64,000 bases of DNA from an uncultured Gemmatimonadaceae bacterium (GTDB lineage Bacteria; Gemmatimonadota; Gemmatimonadetes; Gemmatimonadales; Gemmatimonadaceae), in assembly GCA_964560345.1 (NCBI GenBank), contig CAZLLP010000005.1, positions 47,071-111,070 of the forward strand, in the 5' to 3' direction. The notes below the pieces were generated by a model. That model saw only the letters and a program-made list of their open reading frames with translations, was not told the origin of the DNA and ran no database searches. Shown here piece after piece: positions 40,838-50,180 of the stretch. A program made the position numbers and the translations under genes. Each line of letters begins with the position of its first letter. The first letter of the stretch is position 1.

Positions 40838-41629
40838 ATGTTGTTTTTAGGGGGGGCCCCCCACGCCGCGGCCACTTCTCCCGCCGACATCGCAGCGGAA
40901 AGCGCCTCTCACCTCCCCACCGACCGAACCCCGCATCAGTTCCTCGACCGGACTCCGGTCGGCGCCCCCGACCGACGCCCCACGCCAACCCGCCCCTCCC
41001 CCGCCGAGCAGGCCGCCCTGCTCGACCGCCTCCGCGCCTACGGCCTGAACGGCATCTCGACCCTTCGCCTCACCCGCAATCGCAGCACCCTGGTCTCGTT
41101 CCGCGCCGGCACCCTCCGCGTCCATGAGGGCTTTGCCCGTGCGCCCCAGGAGATCCTCCGCGCCATTGCCGTCTTCGTCTCCGCGCGCGGCGCTGCCCGC
41201 CTCGCCGCCCGGCGCCTGATCGTCGCGCATCCACTGGAACGCGACACCACGCCGCGACCGCCACGGCGCACACCGCTGCACCCCGACGACCGCGCGATGG
41301 CCGAGCGGCTGCAACGCGAGCACGCCCGCCTCAATGCGCATCACTTCGGCGGCGCACTCGGCGCCATCCGCGTCACCGTCTCTCGCCGCATGAAGTCGCG
41401 CCTGGGGCACTACGCCCCCGCGCGGTCGCACCCGGCGGGGGCCGAGATCGCCATCAGCCGTCGCCACATTCGACGACACGGGTGGGAGGAAGCGATCGAC
41501 ACCCTCCTGCACGAGATGGTGCATCAGTGGCAGGAGGAGAGCGGGCACCCGATCGACCACGGAACTGCCTTCCGTCGCAAGGCGCGTGAGGTGGGAACGA
41601 CACCGCGCGCCAAGCGCGCGCTGCGCTGA
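40838..41629 (+). CDS. SprT-like zinc metallopeptidase domain protein
   Basis: C-terminal HEMVHQW (HExxH), with the ...SRLGHY... and ..ISRRH.. SprT pattern. This is only the last ~260 codons of track ORF 39530..41629. Start is either ATG 40838 (GGAGG 8 nt upstream) or ATG 40811. Confidence 0.65.
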   Translation: MLFLGGAPHAAATSPADIAAESASHLPTDRTPHQFLDRTPVGAPDRRPTPTRPSPAEQAALLDRLRAYGLNGISTLRLTRNRSTLVSFRAGTLRVHEGFARAPQEILRAIAVFVSARGAARLAARRLIVAHPLERDTTPRPPRRTPLHPDDRAMAERLQREHARLNAHHFGGALGAIRVTVSRRMKSRLGHYAPARSHPAGAEIAISRRHIRRHGWEEAIDTLLHEMVHQWQEESGHPIDHGTAFRRKAREVGTTPRAKRALR

Positions 41630-41657
41630 TCGCATTACGACCTGCCCACCTCGGCAG

Positions 41658-41663
41658 TATCTT
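41658..41663 (+). promoter_or_regulatory. -10-like TATCTT box 7 nt upstream of the acylase start codon
   Basis: TATCTT at 41658-41663, then CGCCGCC, then the ATG at 41671, with no Shine-Dalgarno. Confidence 0.35.
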
Positions 41664-41670
41664 CGCCGCC

Positions 41671-44163
41671 ATGCAACTACGCCCGTTCGCCATCGCCGGT
41701 GCGCTCCTCCTCCTCGGCGGGGCGCTCTATCTCGGCACCGCCGGGGCCGGCCCGCTGCCGCCGCTTGGTCCGTTCCTCGATCCTGTGCGAGGGGCCTGGG
41801 GCGCGGTCGCCTACAGCTCGCTCCCCGATAGCGCGGCCGTCGCGCTCCCCGGACTCGGCGCGGGAGTCAACGTGCGCTACGACACGCGCGGCGTCCCGCA
41901 TATCTTTGCCGCAACCGAAGAAGACGCCATTCGCGCGTTAGGCTACGTCGTGGCGCGCGATCGCCTCTTCCAGATGGAGCTCCAGGCGCGCGCGGGGGCT
42001 GGGACGCTGACGGAGCTGGTCGGCAAGGCGGCGCTGCGCGCCGACAGCGAGCCGCGCGCGCTCGGGATGCCGCGTGGGGCCGAGCAGAAGTTGGCCGCCC
42101 TCGCCCCCGGTTCGCTCGGACGTCGCCTCCTCGAGGCGTATGCCGCGGGGGTCAATTCCTACGTCGACAACGCGTCACCGGCCGAGTGGCCGGTGGAGTA
42201 CAAGCTCCTGGGCAAGCGCCCGACGCGATGGACGCCGTTGCACTCGCTCAACCTGTATGCGCGCATGGGGTGGACGCTCGCGCACCTCGATGGCGAGCGC
42301 GATCGCATCGCGGCACAGGCGCTGGTGGGCGAACCCGCGGCGCGGGCGCTCTTCCCCGAGCATTCGCCCATCCAGGAGCCGATCCAGCCTAACGGGAGCG
42401 GCGAGGCGCGCATCGACGCGCTGCAGATCCCGCTCCCCGGAGCGGTCGACTCACAGGCGATGGCGCTCCTGGATCTCCTCCCCTCGAGCGTGCGCTCGCG
42501 CGACGACGCCGAGGTCTCGAAGCTCTTTGCCTCCAACAACTGGGCCGTGTCGCCGGCGCGCAGCCGGAGCGGGCACGCGCTGCTGGCTGGCGATCCGCAT
42601 TTGGGGCTCACGCTTCCCAGCATCTGGTACGAGGCGCACCTCGTTGTGCCGGGAAAGCTCGACGTGTACGGCGTGACGATCCCGGGATCGCCCGGGATCG
42701 TGATCGGCTTCACGCGCGACGTGGCGTGGTCGCTGACGAACACCGGGGCCGACGTCCTGGATTTCTATCGCGAGACCGTGGATGACCAGGTCCATCCGAC
42801 GCGATACCTCGTGGATGACACGTGGAAGGAGCTGGAGCGGCGAGAAGAGGTCTATCGCGACAAGAAGGGCGATGTGCTGCGCGTCGACACGGTGCGCTAT
42901 TCGCACCGCGGCCCGCTGCAGCGCCTCAACAAGGAATGGGTCTCGATGCGCTGGACGGTGAACGAGCCCAGCGACCTCGCGTCGGCGTTCTACAACGCCG
43001 CCCACGCCACGACGGCGGCCGAGTTCCTCGATGTCTTTGCGCACGACTACTTCGCGCCGGCGCAGAACGTGATCGTGGCCGATCGGGCCGGTACCATCGC
43101 CATCCGCTCTACCGGCCACTATCCGTTGCGCCCGGCGGGGGGGAGCGGGCTGGCGGTGCTCGATGGATCGGTGTCGTCCAATGACTGGACTGGCTACTGG
43201 CCCGTGTCGCAGTACCCGCAGGCGATGAATCCGCCGCAGGGCTTCCTTGCCTCGGCCAACCAGGAACCGATCGATCCGCAGCAGGCGCCGGCGTACCTCG
43301 GCTACGATGCGGCGTTCGAGCCGTGGCGGGCGCTGCAGATCAATCGCCTGTTGCGCGCCAACGACAAGGTCACGCTCGACGACATGCGTCGCTACCAGAC
43401 CGACCCGGGGAGCGTGCGCGCCGATTGGTTCGTTCCCTACATCCGCAATGCTGCTGCCGTGGTGCAGCAGCGTGGCAACGCGCCGCAGGACCTCGTGGTC
43501 GCCGACTCGATCCTTGGCGCGTGGGATCGGAAATACACGATCGGCAACAACGGCGCGATCCTCTTCGAGACGGCGCTGTCGATGGTTGGACGGCGCACGT
43601 GGGATGAGCTGATCCCGGCGGGCGATACGGCGCGCGTGGCGACGCCAAGCACCGCTGTCCTCCTCTCGCTGATGCGCGATTCCCTGAGCGCCTGGTGGGA
43701 CGACCGTCGCACGAAGGACATGGTCGAGGATCGCGACGCGATCATCGCCGGCGCGCTTTCGGCGGCCTACGACACGCTGTTCGCGCGCCACGGGGCGCCG
43801 TCCAAGGGGCGATGGGCGTGGGGGAAGGCCGCGACCGCGCAGGTGAACCACCTCCTGGGCCTTTCGGGATTTTCGGCGAAAGATCTGGCCGTGCAGGGCG
43901 GGCGGGGGACGCTCAACCCGTCGGTCCAGAACGGCGGATTTGGGTCGAGCTGGCGCATGGTGGTCGAGCTGGGGCCGCGCATTCGTGCGATGGGGACATA
44001 CCCGGGCGGGCAGAGTGGGAATCCCGCCTCGCCGCGCTATGCCGATCGGCTGCGATTCTGGCGCGACGGCGACCTCGAACTCCTGATGGTGCCGGCGGCC
44101 GCAGATTCGCTGGCGCCCTCACAGGTCTTGTCGCGCCTGACGCTCACGCCGGGAGGGCGCTGA
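41671..44163 (+). CDS. penicillin acylase family Ntn-hydrolase (possible acyl-homoserine-lactone/beta-lactam acylase)
   Basis: 830 aa with a signal peptide. Alpha-subunit pattern (RGVPHI.A..E.D..RALGYVVARDRLFQME) and an autoprocessing site ...FASNNWAVSP with a Ser nucleophile. Confidence 0.85.
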   Translation: MQLRPFAIAGALLLLGGALYLGTAGAGPLPPLGPFLDPVRGAWGAVAYSSLPDSAAVALPGLGAGVNVRYDTRGVPHIFAATEEDAIRALGYVVARDRLFQMELQARAGAGTLTELVGKAALRADSEPRALGMPRGAEQKLAALAPGSLGRRLLEAYAAGVNSYVDNASPAEWPVEYKLLGKRPTRWTPLHSLNLYARMGWTLAHLDGERDRIAAQALVGEPAARALFPEHSPIQEPIQPNGSGEARIDALQIPLPGAVDSQAMALLDLLPSSVRSRDDAEVSKLFASNNWAVSPARSRSGHALLAGDPHLGLTLPSIWYEAHLVVPGKLDVYGVTIPGSPGIVIGFTRDVAWSLTNTGADVLDFYRETVDDQVHPTRYLVDDTWKELERREEVYRDKKGDVLRVDTVRYSHRGPLQRLNKEWVSMRWTVNEPSDLASAFYNAAHATTAAEFLDVFAHDYFAPAQNVIVADRAGTIAIRSTGHYPLRPAGGSGLAVLDGSVSSNDWTGYWPVSQYPQAMNPPQGFLASANQEPIDPQQAPAYLGYDAAFEPWRALQINRLLRANDKVTLDDMRRYQTDPGSVRADWFVPYIRNAAAVVQQRGNAPQDLVVADSILGAWDRKYTIGNNGAILFETALSMVGRRTWDELIPAGDTARVATPSTAVLLSLMRDSLSAWWDDRRTKDMVEDRDAIIAGALSAAYDTLFARHGAPSKGRWAWGKAATAQVNHLLGLSGFSAKDLAVQGGRGTLNPSVQNGGFGSSWRMVVELGPRIRAMGTYPGGQSGNPASPRYADRLRFWRDGDLELLMVPAAADSLAPSQVLSRLTLTPGGR

Positions 44164-44165
44164 CC

Positions 44166-44516
44166 ATGGCCGCACTTCGCATCTTGATGTTGGCGATCGT
44201 GATCGCGTTAGGCACGGTGCTGGTGGCGTGGTGGATCGTCCCGGTGCTGGCGCTGGTCTTTGGCGTGGTGACGCACCGCACACGCCGTCCCGGTCTCACC
44301 GCCGCGCTGAGCGGAGCGGTGGCGTGGGGCGGATATCTCGCCCTGGCGAGCGTGGGCGGTGCGCCGGTGGGAAGTTTCGCGGGTGCGTTGGCGACGTCGA
44401 TGCAGCTTCCGGGGTGGGCGCCATTGGTCGCGACCCTGGTCTTTCCTGCCCTGCTCGCCGGATCGAGCGCCTACCTCGGCGCACGGCTGGGAGGGCGCTA
44501 TCTTTCTCCCGCATGA
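44166..44516 (+). CDS. small hypothetical membrane protein
   Basis: 116 aa from ATG 44166, about 4 hydrophobic helices. Tightly packed between the acylase stop and the gcdH start (ATGA overlap). Confidence 0.5.
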   Translation: MAALRILMLAIVIALGTVLVAWWIVPVLALVFGVVTHRTRRPGLTAALSGAVAWGGYLALASVGGAPVGSFAGALATSMQLPGWAPLVATLVFPALLAGSSAYLGARLGGRYLSPA

Positions 44517-45688
44517 CGACTGACTTCTTCAACATCGACAGCGCGCTGAGCGAAGACGAGCGCGCGGTGCGTGATAGCGTGCGTCGCTTTGTCGACGAGC
44601 GCGTCCTCCCCATCATCGGGCAGTGCTACGTGGACGGGCGTTTCCCGCGCGAGCTCATCCCCGAGATGGCCGAGCTGGGTGTCCTGGGGGCCAACCTCCC
44701 CGAGGAGTACGGCTGCGCGGGGCTCAACAACGTGGCGTACGGGCTCATCATGCAGGAGCTCGAGCGGGGCGATTCCGGCATCCGTTCGTTTGCCTCGGTG
44801 CAGGGTGCCCTGGTGATGTACCCCATCTACGCCTTCGGCAGCGAGGAGCACAAGCGCCACTGGCTCCCCAAGCTCGCCAAGGGTGAAGCGATCGGCTGCT
44901 TCGGCCTCACGGAGCCCGACTACGGCTCCAACCCGTCGGGGATGATCACGATGGCCCACCAGCAGCCCGACGGCACCTGGCTGCTCAACGGCGGCAAGAT
45001 GTGGATCACCAACGGGTCGCAGGCGCATGTCGCGGTGGTGTGGGCCAAGACCAACGGCGACAAGGACGCGTCGTCGATTCGCGGCTTCGTCGTCCCGACC
45101 GACTCCAAGGGCTTCAAGGCGAAGGACCAGAAGGGGAAGCTCTCGCTCCGCGCATCGGACACGAGCGAGCTCACCTTCGACAACGTGCACCTGCCGGCCG
45201 ACGCGCTGATGCCCAAGTCGGGGGGACTCAAGTCGCCCTTGATGTGCCTCACGCAGGCGCGCTACGGGATCTCGTGGGGCGCGTTAGGTGCGGCGATGGC
45301 CTGCTACGAGGAGTCGCTGGCCTACGCCAAGAACCGCATCATGTTCGACAAGCCCATCGCCGGCTTCCAGATCCAGCAGGAGCGCCTGGCCGACATGATC
45401 ACCGAGATCGTGAAGGGGCAGCTCGTGTCGTTGCACCTGGGACGCCTCAAGGACGCGGGGACGTTCACGCCGCAGCAGGTGTCGCTGGCCAAGCGCAACA
45501 ACGTCAACATCGCGACCAACATCGCCCGCGAGGCGCGCCGCCTGCTTGGCGCCAACGGGATCCTCGCCGAGTACTCGGCGATGCGCCACATGGCCAACCT
45601 GGAGAGCGTGTACACGTACGAAGGGACGCACGACGTCCACTCGCTCATCCTCGGGCAGGCCGTCACTGGCCTCAACGCGTTCAATTGA
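44513..45688 (+). CDS. gcdH: glutaryl-CoA dehydrogenase-type acyl-CoA dehydrogenase
   Basis: 391 aa from ATG 44513. ACAD pattern (GCFGLTEPDYGSNP, WITNG, YEGTHDVH). The N-terminal context resembles GCDH. Confidence 0.8.
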   Translation: MTTDFFNIDSALSEDERAVRDSVRRFVDERVLPIIGQCYVDGRFPRELIPEMAELGVLGANLPEEYGCAGLNNVAYGLIMQELERGDSGIRSFASVQGALVMYPIYAFGSEEHKRHWLPKLAKGEAIGCFGLTEPDYGSNPSGMITMAHQQPDGTWLLNGGKMWITNGSQAHVAVVWAKTNGDKDASSIRGFVVPTDSKGFKAKDQKGKLSLRASDTSELTFDNVHLPADALMPKSGGLKSPLMCLTQARYGISWGALGAAMACYEESLAYAKNRIMFDKPIAGFQIQQERLADMITEIVKGQLVSLHLGRLKDAGTFTPQQVSLAKRNNVNIATNIAREARRLLGANGILAEYSAMRHMANLESVYTYEGTHDVHSLILGQAVTGLNAFN

Positions 45689-45701
45689 GTCGCGCGGCGT
45701 G

Positions 45702-46808
45702 ATGCGGAACACACGTGTCTTCGAAGAGCCGGCTCGCCGGCTCTTCGTCGTTGTTGGCGCCCTGCTCGCGCTCGCTGTCGCACCGCACCGCGTGCGCGCG
45801 CAGGAGGCGGGGAATGCCCACGGTGCGGATGGAAAGGGCGAGGCGTCGCGTAGCCAGCCGCGCCAACCCACGACCGGATGGCTCCCGCGCGTGCGGCTGG
45901 ACAACGACGCGTACAACTTCTGGTTGCATCCGGGACACCGGAGCGACGAGGAGTACACCAACGGCGTCGTGCTGGGAATGGAGGCGCTCAAGGCGCCGGG
46001 GTGGGGGCGCGTGCTCGGGGGCGGCGCGCCCGGGTGTGTGCACTCCCGCGCCGACGAACGCGCCTGCCTGACGACGCTGCTGTTCATCGGCCAGGACATG
46101 TACACGCCCAACCTCGATCGCCCGCCGTTCTCGTACGTCGGATGGATGTACGAACGTCCCTACGCGGCGTGGCTGTACGTAGGCGGGGAAGGGCGACGCG
46201 TCTCGCGCCGCGCGCTGCGCACGTACTCGCTCTCGCTGGGGGTGACGGGCGCGCCGGCGTTAGGCAAGCTGGCCCAGTCGATCGCGCACCAGATCACCGC
46301 CAAGTACACCACCAAGGCGACCGGGTGGGAGACGCAAGTGGGCTTCGAGCCCGGCGTCCTGCTCGGCCTGCGACAATCGGTGCTGGCGCTGCGCTGGGCA
46401 CCCGGAGGCGTCGGCATCCTCGACCTGTCGCCGTCGGTCGGTGGGACGCTGGGGAACATTCGCACGGCGGCGGATGCCGGCGGAAAGTTACGCCTCGGGC
46501 TCAACCTCTCGCATCCGTGGGACCCGCGCGCGTGGCGCGGACGCTCCGACTGGGAGTTCAACATCAGTGCGGCCGGGCGGCGCGAGTACGTGGCGCACGA
46601 CTTCTCCCTCGACGGGACGCTGTTCCACGACGCCGACCGCCAGGTGACGCGCGTGCCGACGGTGAGCGAGTACGAGTTCGGAACTGCGCTGCGTCTTCAC
46701 CGGTTGACCGTCGGGTGGCGCGCGATCACCCGATCCCGGGAGTACACCACGGGGCCAGCGCGTCACGCCTTCAGCCAGATGTACACCGCCCTCGAGTTCC
46801 GCCCGTAG
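45702..46808 (+). CDS. LpxR-like outer-membrane protein (DUF2219, lipid A deacylase family)
   Basis: Signal peptide, then the RLDNDAYNF...RSDEEYTNG pattern of the DUF2219/LpxR family, with a beta-barrel-like C-terminus ending in F. Confidence 0.55.
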   Translation: MRNTRVFEEPARRLFVVVGALLALAVAPHRVRAQEAGNAHGADGKGEASRSQPRQPTTGWLPRVRLDNDAYNFWLHPGHRSDEEYTNGVVLGMEALKAPGWGRVLGGGAPGCVHSRADERACLTTLLFIGQDMYTPNLDRPPFSYVGWMYERPYAAWLYVGGEGRRVSRRALRTYSLSLGVTGAPALGKLAQSIAHQITAKYTTKATGWETQVGFEPGVLLGLRQSVLALRWAPGGVGILDLSPSVGGTLGNIRTAADAGGKLRLGLNLSHPWDPRAWRGRSDWEFNISAAGRREYVAHDFSLDGTLFHDADRQVTRVPTVSEYEFGTALRLHRLTVGWRAITRSREYTTGPARHAFSQMYTALEFRP

Positions 46809-46882
46809 TCGCGCCGTGTGCGCCGGGTGGCCATTCGACGTCGCCTTGCGACGTGCGGCGCCACCTTTCGCCTCTCCAGCGC

Positions 46883-47371
46883 ATGAGCGACGATCCGCAT
46901 CCGCGTGAGGGCGAACGCGCCCCCGACTTTGCCCTCCCCGACCTCGACGGTCGCCTCGTGTCGCTCGCCGAGGTGCGTCGAGCGCATCACGTCGTCATTC
47001 ACTTCACGCGCGAGTTCAGTTGAGCGTCGTGCCTCTGGCACGCCGCCCGGGTCGGGCGGGAGATCGGCAGTCTGAATCAGCTTGGGGCCACGGCGCTGGT
47101 AATTGGCGGCGGCGGCGTCGGGACCGGGTTGGTGCGCTCCATGGCGCTCCCGTATCCCGCGCTGGTCGACCGCGACCGGGCGACGTACAAGGCCTACGGG
47201 CTGTCGCGCGCGATGTTCATCATCCAGGAGAGCGCGACCTTCCTGGTCGATCGCGACGGGGTCGTGCGACACGCGCTGCGGTCAGTGAACCCGCAACTGT
47301 CGATGGACTGGGGGGCGCTGATGGCCGCCCTGCGCGCGCTCCCCGTTCCGCCGGCAGACGCTGCGGGATAG
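46883..47371 (+). CDS. peroxiredoxin-like (AhpC/TSA, Prx-like UxxC) protein with in-frame TGA at codon 47: candidate selenoprotein
   Basis: Track ORFs ...47023 and 47129..47371 are in the same frame and separated only by a TGA at 47021-47023. The joined product reads APDFALPDLDGRLVSLAEV..VVIHFTREFS-[TGA]-ASCLWH...ALPYPALVDRDRATYKAYGL...TFLVDRDGVVRH, a full redoxin fold. The TGA sits where the first Cys of the CxxC motif is expected. A hairpin lies 22-38 nt downstream. Confidence 0.6.
47043..47059 (+). promoter_or_regulatory. candidate bacterial SECIS-like hairpin
   Basis: CCGCCCG (47043-47049) pairs with CGGGCGG (47053-47059), a 7-bp stem with a GGU apical loop. The loop G lies about 29 nt after the U of the UGA. 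An alternative hairpin CGUGCC/GGCACG lies at 47028-47042. Confidence 0.4.
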
Positions 47372-47413
47372 CCGCGCAGCGTTAGGCGCCCGGTGCCGCT
47401 CGGCGACGAGCGC

Positions 47414-48259
47414 TCAGGCGCCCGTCACCGCCCGCGTGTCCCGGTAGCGCCGGGTGGCCAGCTGCAACATCCAGCGGGGCAGGTGGCGCAGGAGCACGAC
47501 GATCGACTTGTAGTGCCATCCCGGGATCACCACCGTCGGCCCGCGGCGCGCCACCGCCTCGAGCGAGGCCGCCACGACGACGTCCGCCTCGAGCCAGAGC
47601 GCGCCGGGGATGGACCGCATTGACATCGCGGCGCGCTGGTGGAATTCGGTGCGGGTGAAGCCCGGGCACAGCGCCTGTACGTAGATCCCGCGCCCGGCCA
47701 CTTCGGCGGCGAGCGCCTCCATCGCGAAGCGTTGATAGGCCTTGGTGGCGCAGTAGTTCACGTTCCCCGGGCTCGTTAGGTACGATGCCACCGACGCGAC
47801 GGTGACGATCGACCCGCGCCCGTACACCGCCATCGCGCGCACGGCGGCCTGCGTGAGGCGGTGCACCGCGAGGACGTGCAGCCGCACCATCGTCTCCTGC
47901 GCGTCCGGGTCGCCGGCGGCGATCGATCCCTTGGTCCCGAAGCCGGCGTTGTTCACCAACAGTGAGACCAGGCGCCCCTCATCGCTCGCGCCCTGTTCGA
48001 TGCGGGCGACCACGGCGTCGACCCCTGCGTCGGTCGCAAGATCGGCGGCGATCGTCTCCACCTCGATGCCGTGTGCGGCCCGCAACGACGTTGCGGTCGC
48101 CGCCAGCCGCTCGGCGTCTCGCGCCACCAGGATCAGCGCATGCCCGCGGGCGGCCAGGGCGCGGGCGTAGGCGGCGCCCAGTCCGGCTGTCGCCCCGGTG
48201 ATGAGGGCGGTCGGGGTGGATGGGCGACGGGCGGGCGCGGAATCGGAGTCGGGGTGCAT
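47414..48259 (-). CDS. SDR-family oxidoreductase
   Basis: TGATAGLG cofactor motif, NNAG, and catalytic YCATK (YxxxK). Start taken at ATG 48259. Confidence 0.85.
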   Translation of the reverse strand: MHPDSDSAPARRPSTPTALITGATAGLGAAYARALAARGHALILVARDAERLAATATSLRAAHGIEVETIAADLATDAGVDAVVARIEQGASDEGRLVSLLVNNAGFGTKGSIAAGDPDAQETMVRLHVLAVHRLTQAAVRAMAVYGRGSIVTVASVASYLTSPGNVNYCATKAYQRFAMEALAAEVAGRGIYVQALCPGFTRTEFHQRAAMSMRSIPGALWLEADVVVAASLEAVARRGPTVVIPGWHYKSIVVLLRHLPRWMLQLATRRYRDTRAVTGA

Positions 48260-48372
48260 GGGGGAAAGATGCGTGCGAACGACGGAATCCGAAGGGGCAT
48301 GCCGCGTGTCCTCCACTCCCGAGGGGCAGCCGCTAGATTTCCCCCCGCTTCCCTACACCTGGAGACGGAACG

Positions 48373-49124
<752 letters not shown>

Positions 49125-49125
<1 letters not shown>

Positions 49126-50114
49126 TGCCTAACGTCCTGGCATTTGCAGAAGCGCGCGGCGGTGAGCTGCGCAAGGTGGCGCTCGAGGCGGTGACCGCCG
49201 CGCGCCAGGTCGCCGACCAGATTGGCGGTGACGTGCACGCGGTGCTCGTCGGCGCCTCCGGCATTGCCGCAAAGGCGGCGACGCTGGCGGAGTACGGCGC
49301 CGACGTCGTCATCGTGAGCGAGCACGCCGGCTTCGCGAACTACTCCCCCGAAGCGACGGCGGCACTCGTGGCCGATCGCGCGAAGGGAGGCGACTATCGC
49401 GCCGTGATCTTCTCGGCGTCGCAGCAGGGGAAGGATCTCGCGCCGCGCACCGCCGCCAAGCTGCGCAGCGCGATCGCGACCGACGTGACGTCGTTTGCGG
49501 TGAGCGCCGATGCGGTGATCGTCACGCACCCCGGCTACACCGGAAAGGTTGTCCAGACGCTCAAGCTCGTCGGCACGCCGGCGATCTTCTCGGTTCGCCC
49601 GGGCGCCGTCACGCCGTCGCCAAAGGCGGGGGCGGGGCGCACGGAGCAGGCCACGCTCTCCGCCGATCCGGCCGCGGCCCGCGTCGTCATCACCGACACG
49701 ATCCTCGGCGATTCCAAGAAGCTCGATCTCGGTGAGGCACCGATCATCATCAGCGGCGGCCGCGGGCTCAAGGCGGCCGAGCACTTCAAGCTGGTGGAAG
49801 ATCTCGCGGCGGCCTTCGGCAATGCGGCGGTAGGGGCCACGCGCGCGGTGACCGACGAAGGGTGGCGCCCGCACAGCGACCAGATCGGCCAGACCGGAAG
49901 GCTCGTCTCCCCCGATCTCTACGTCGCGGTTGGCATCTCGGGTGCCATCCAGCACCTGGCGGGGATGCGCACTTCCAAGTGCATTGTGGCGATCAACAAG
50001 GACAAGGAGGCCCCGATCTTCAAGGTGGCCGACTACGGGATCGTGGGGGACGTTTTCGACGTGGTACCGGCGCTGACGGCGGCGGTGCAGCAGGCCAAGC
50101 AGTCGTCGAACTGA
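49125..50114 (+). CDS. etfA: electron transfer flavoprotein alpha subunit
   Basis: 329 aa with the C-terminal FAD domain motif ([11 protein letters not shown]...IVAINKD..APIF..ADYG). The start overlaps the etfB stop. Confidence 0.9.
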
Positions 50115-50180
50115 TCACGATGTAGCCGCGGCGGGTGCCTCTTGGCGCTCGCCGCGGTTTGACCTTCAGCACTCCCCTCC

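Noticed and set aside
40828-40862. Homopolymer cluster G8 (40828-40835), T5, G7C6 (40850-40862) at the SprT-like start, and a G8 run at 12560-12567, considered as phase-variation tracts.
   Set aside because: At about 34% G, a zero-order model already predicts several G8/C8 runs per 64 kb. There is no evidence of length heterogeneity from a single sequence, and no contingency-gene context.
47021-47023. The in-frame TGA in the peroxiredoxin-like gene treated as a simple nonsense mutation (pseudogene).
   Set aside because: This is not fully rejected, only judged less likely. The stop coincides exactly with the redox-Cys position of a UxxC motif, both halves remain in frame without further lesions, and a hairpin sits at SECIS distance. 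Absence of sel genes in the genome would revive the pseudogene reading.
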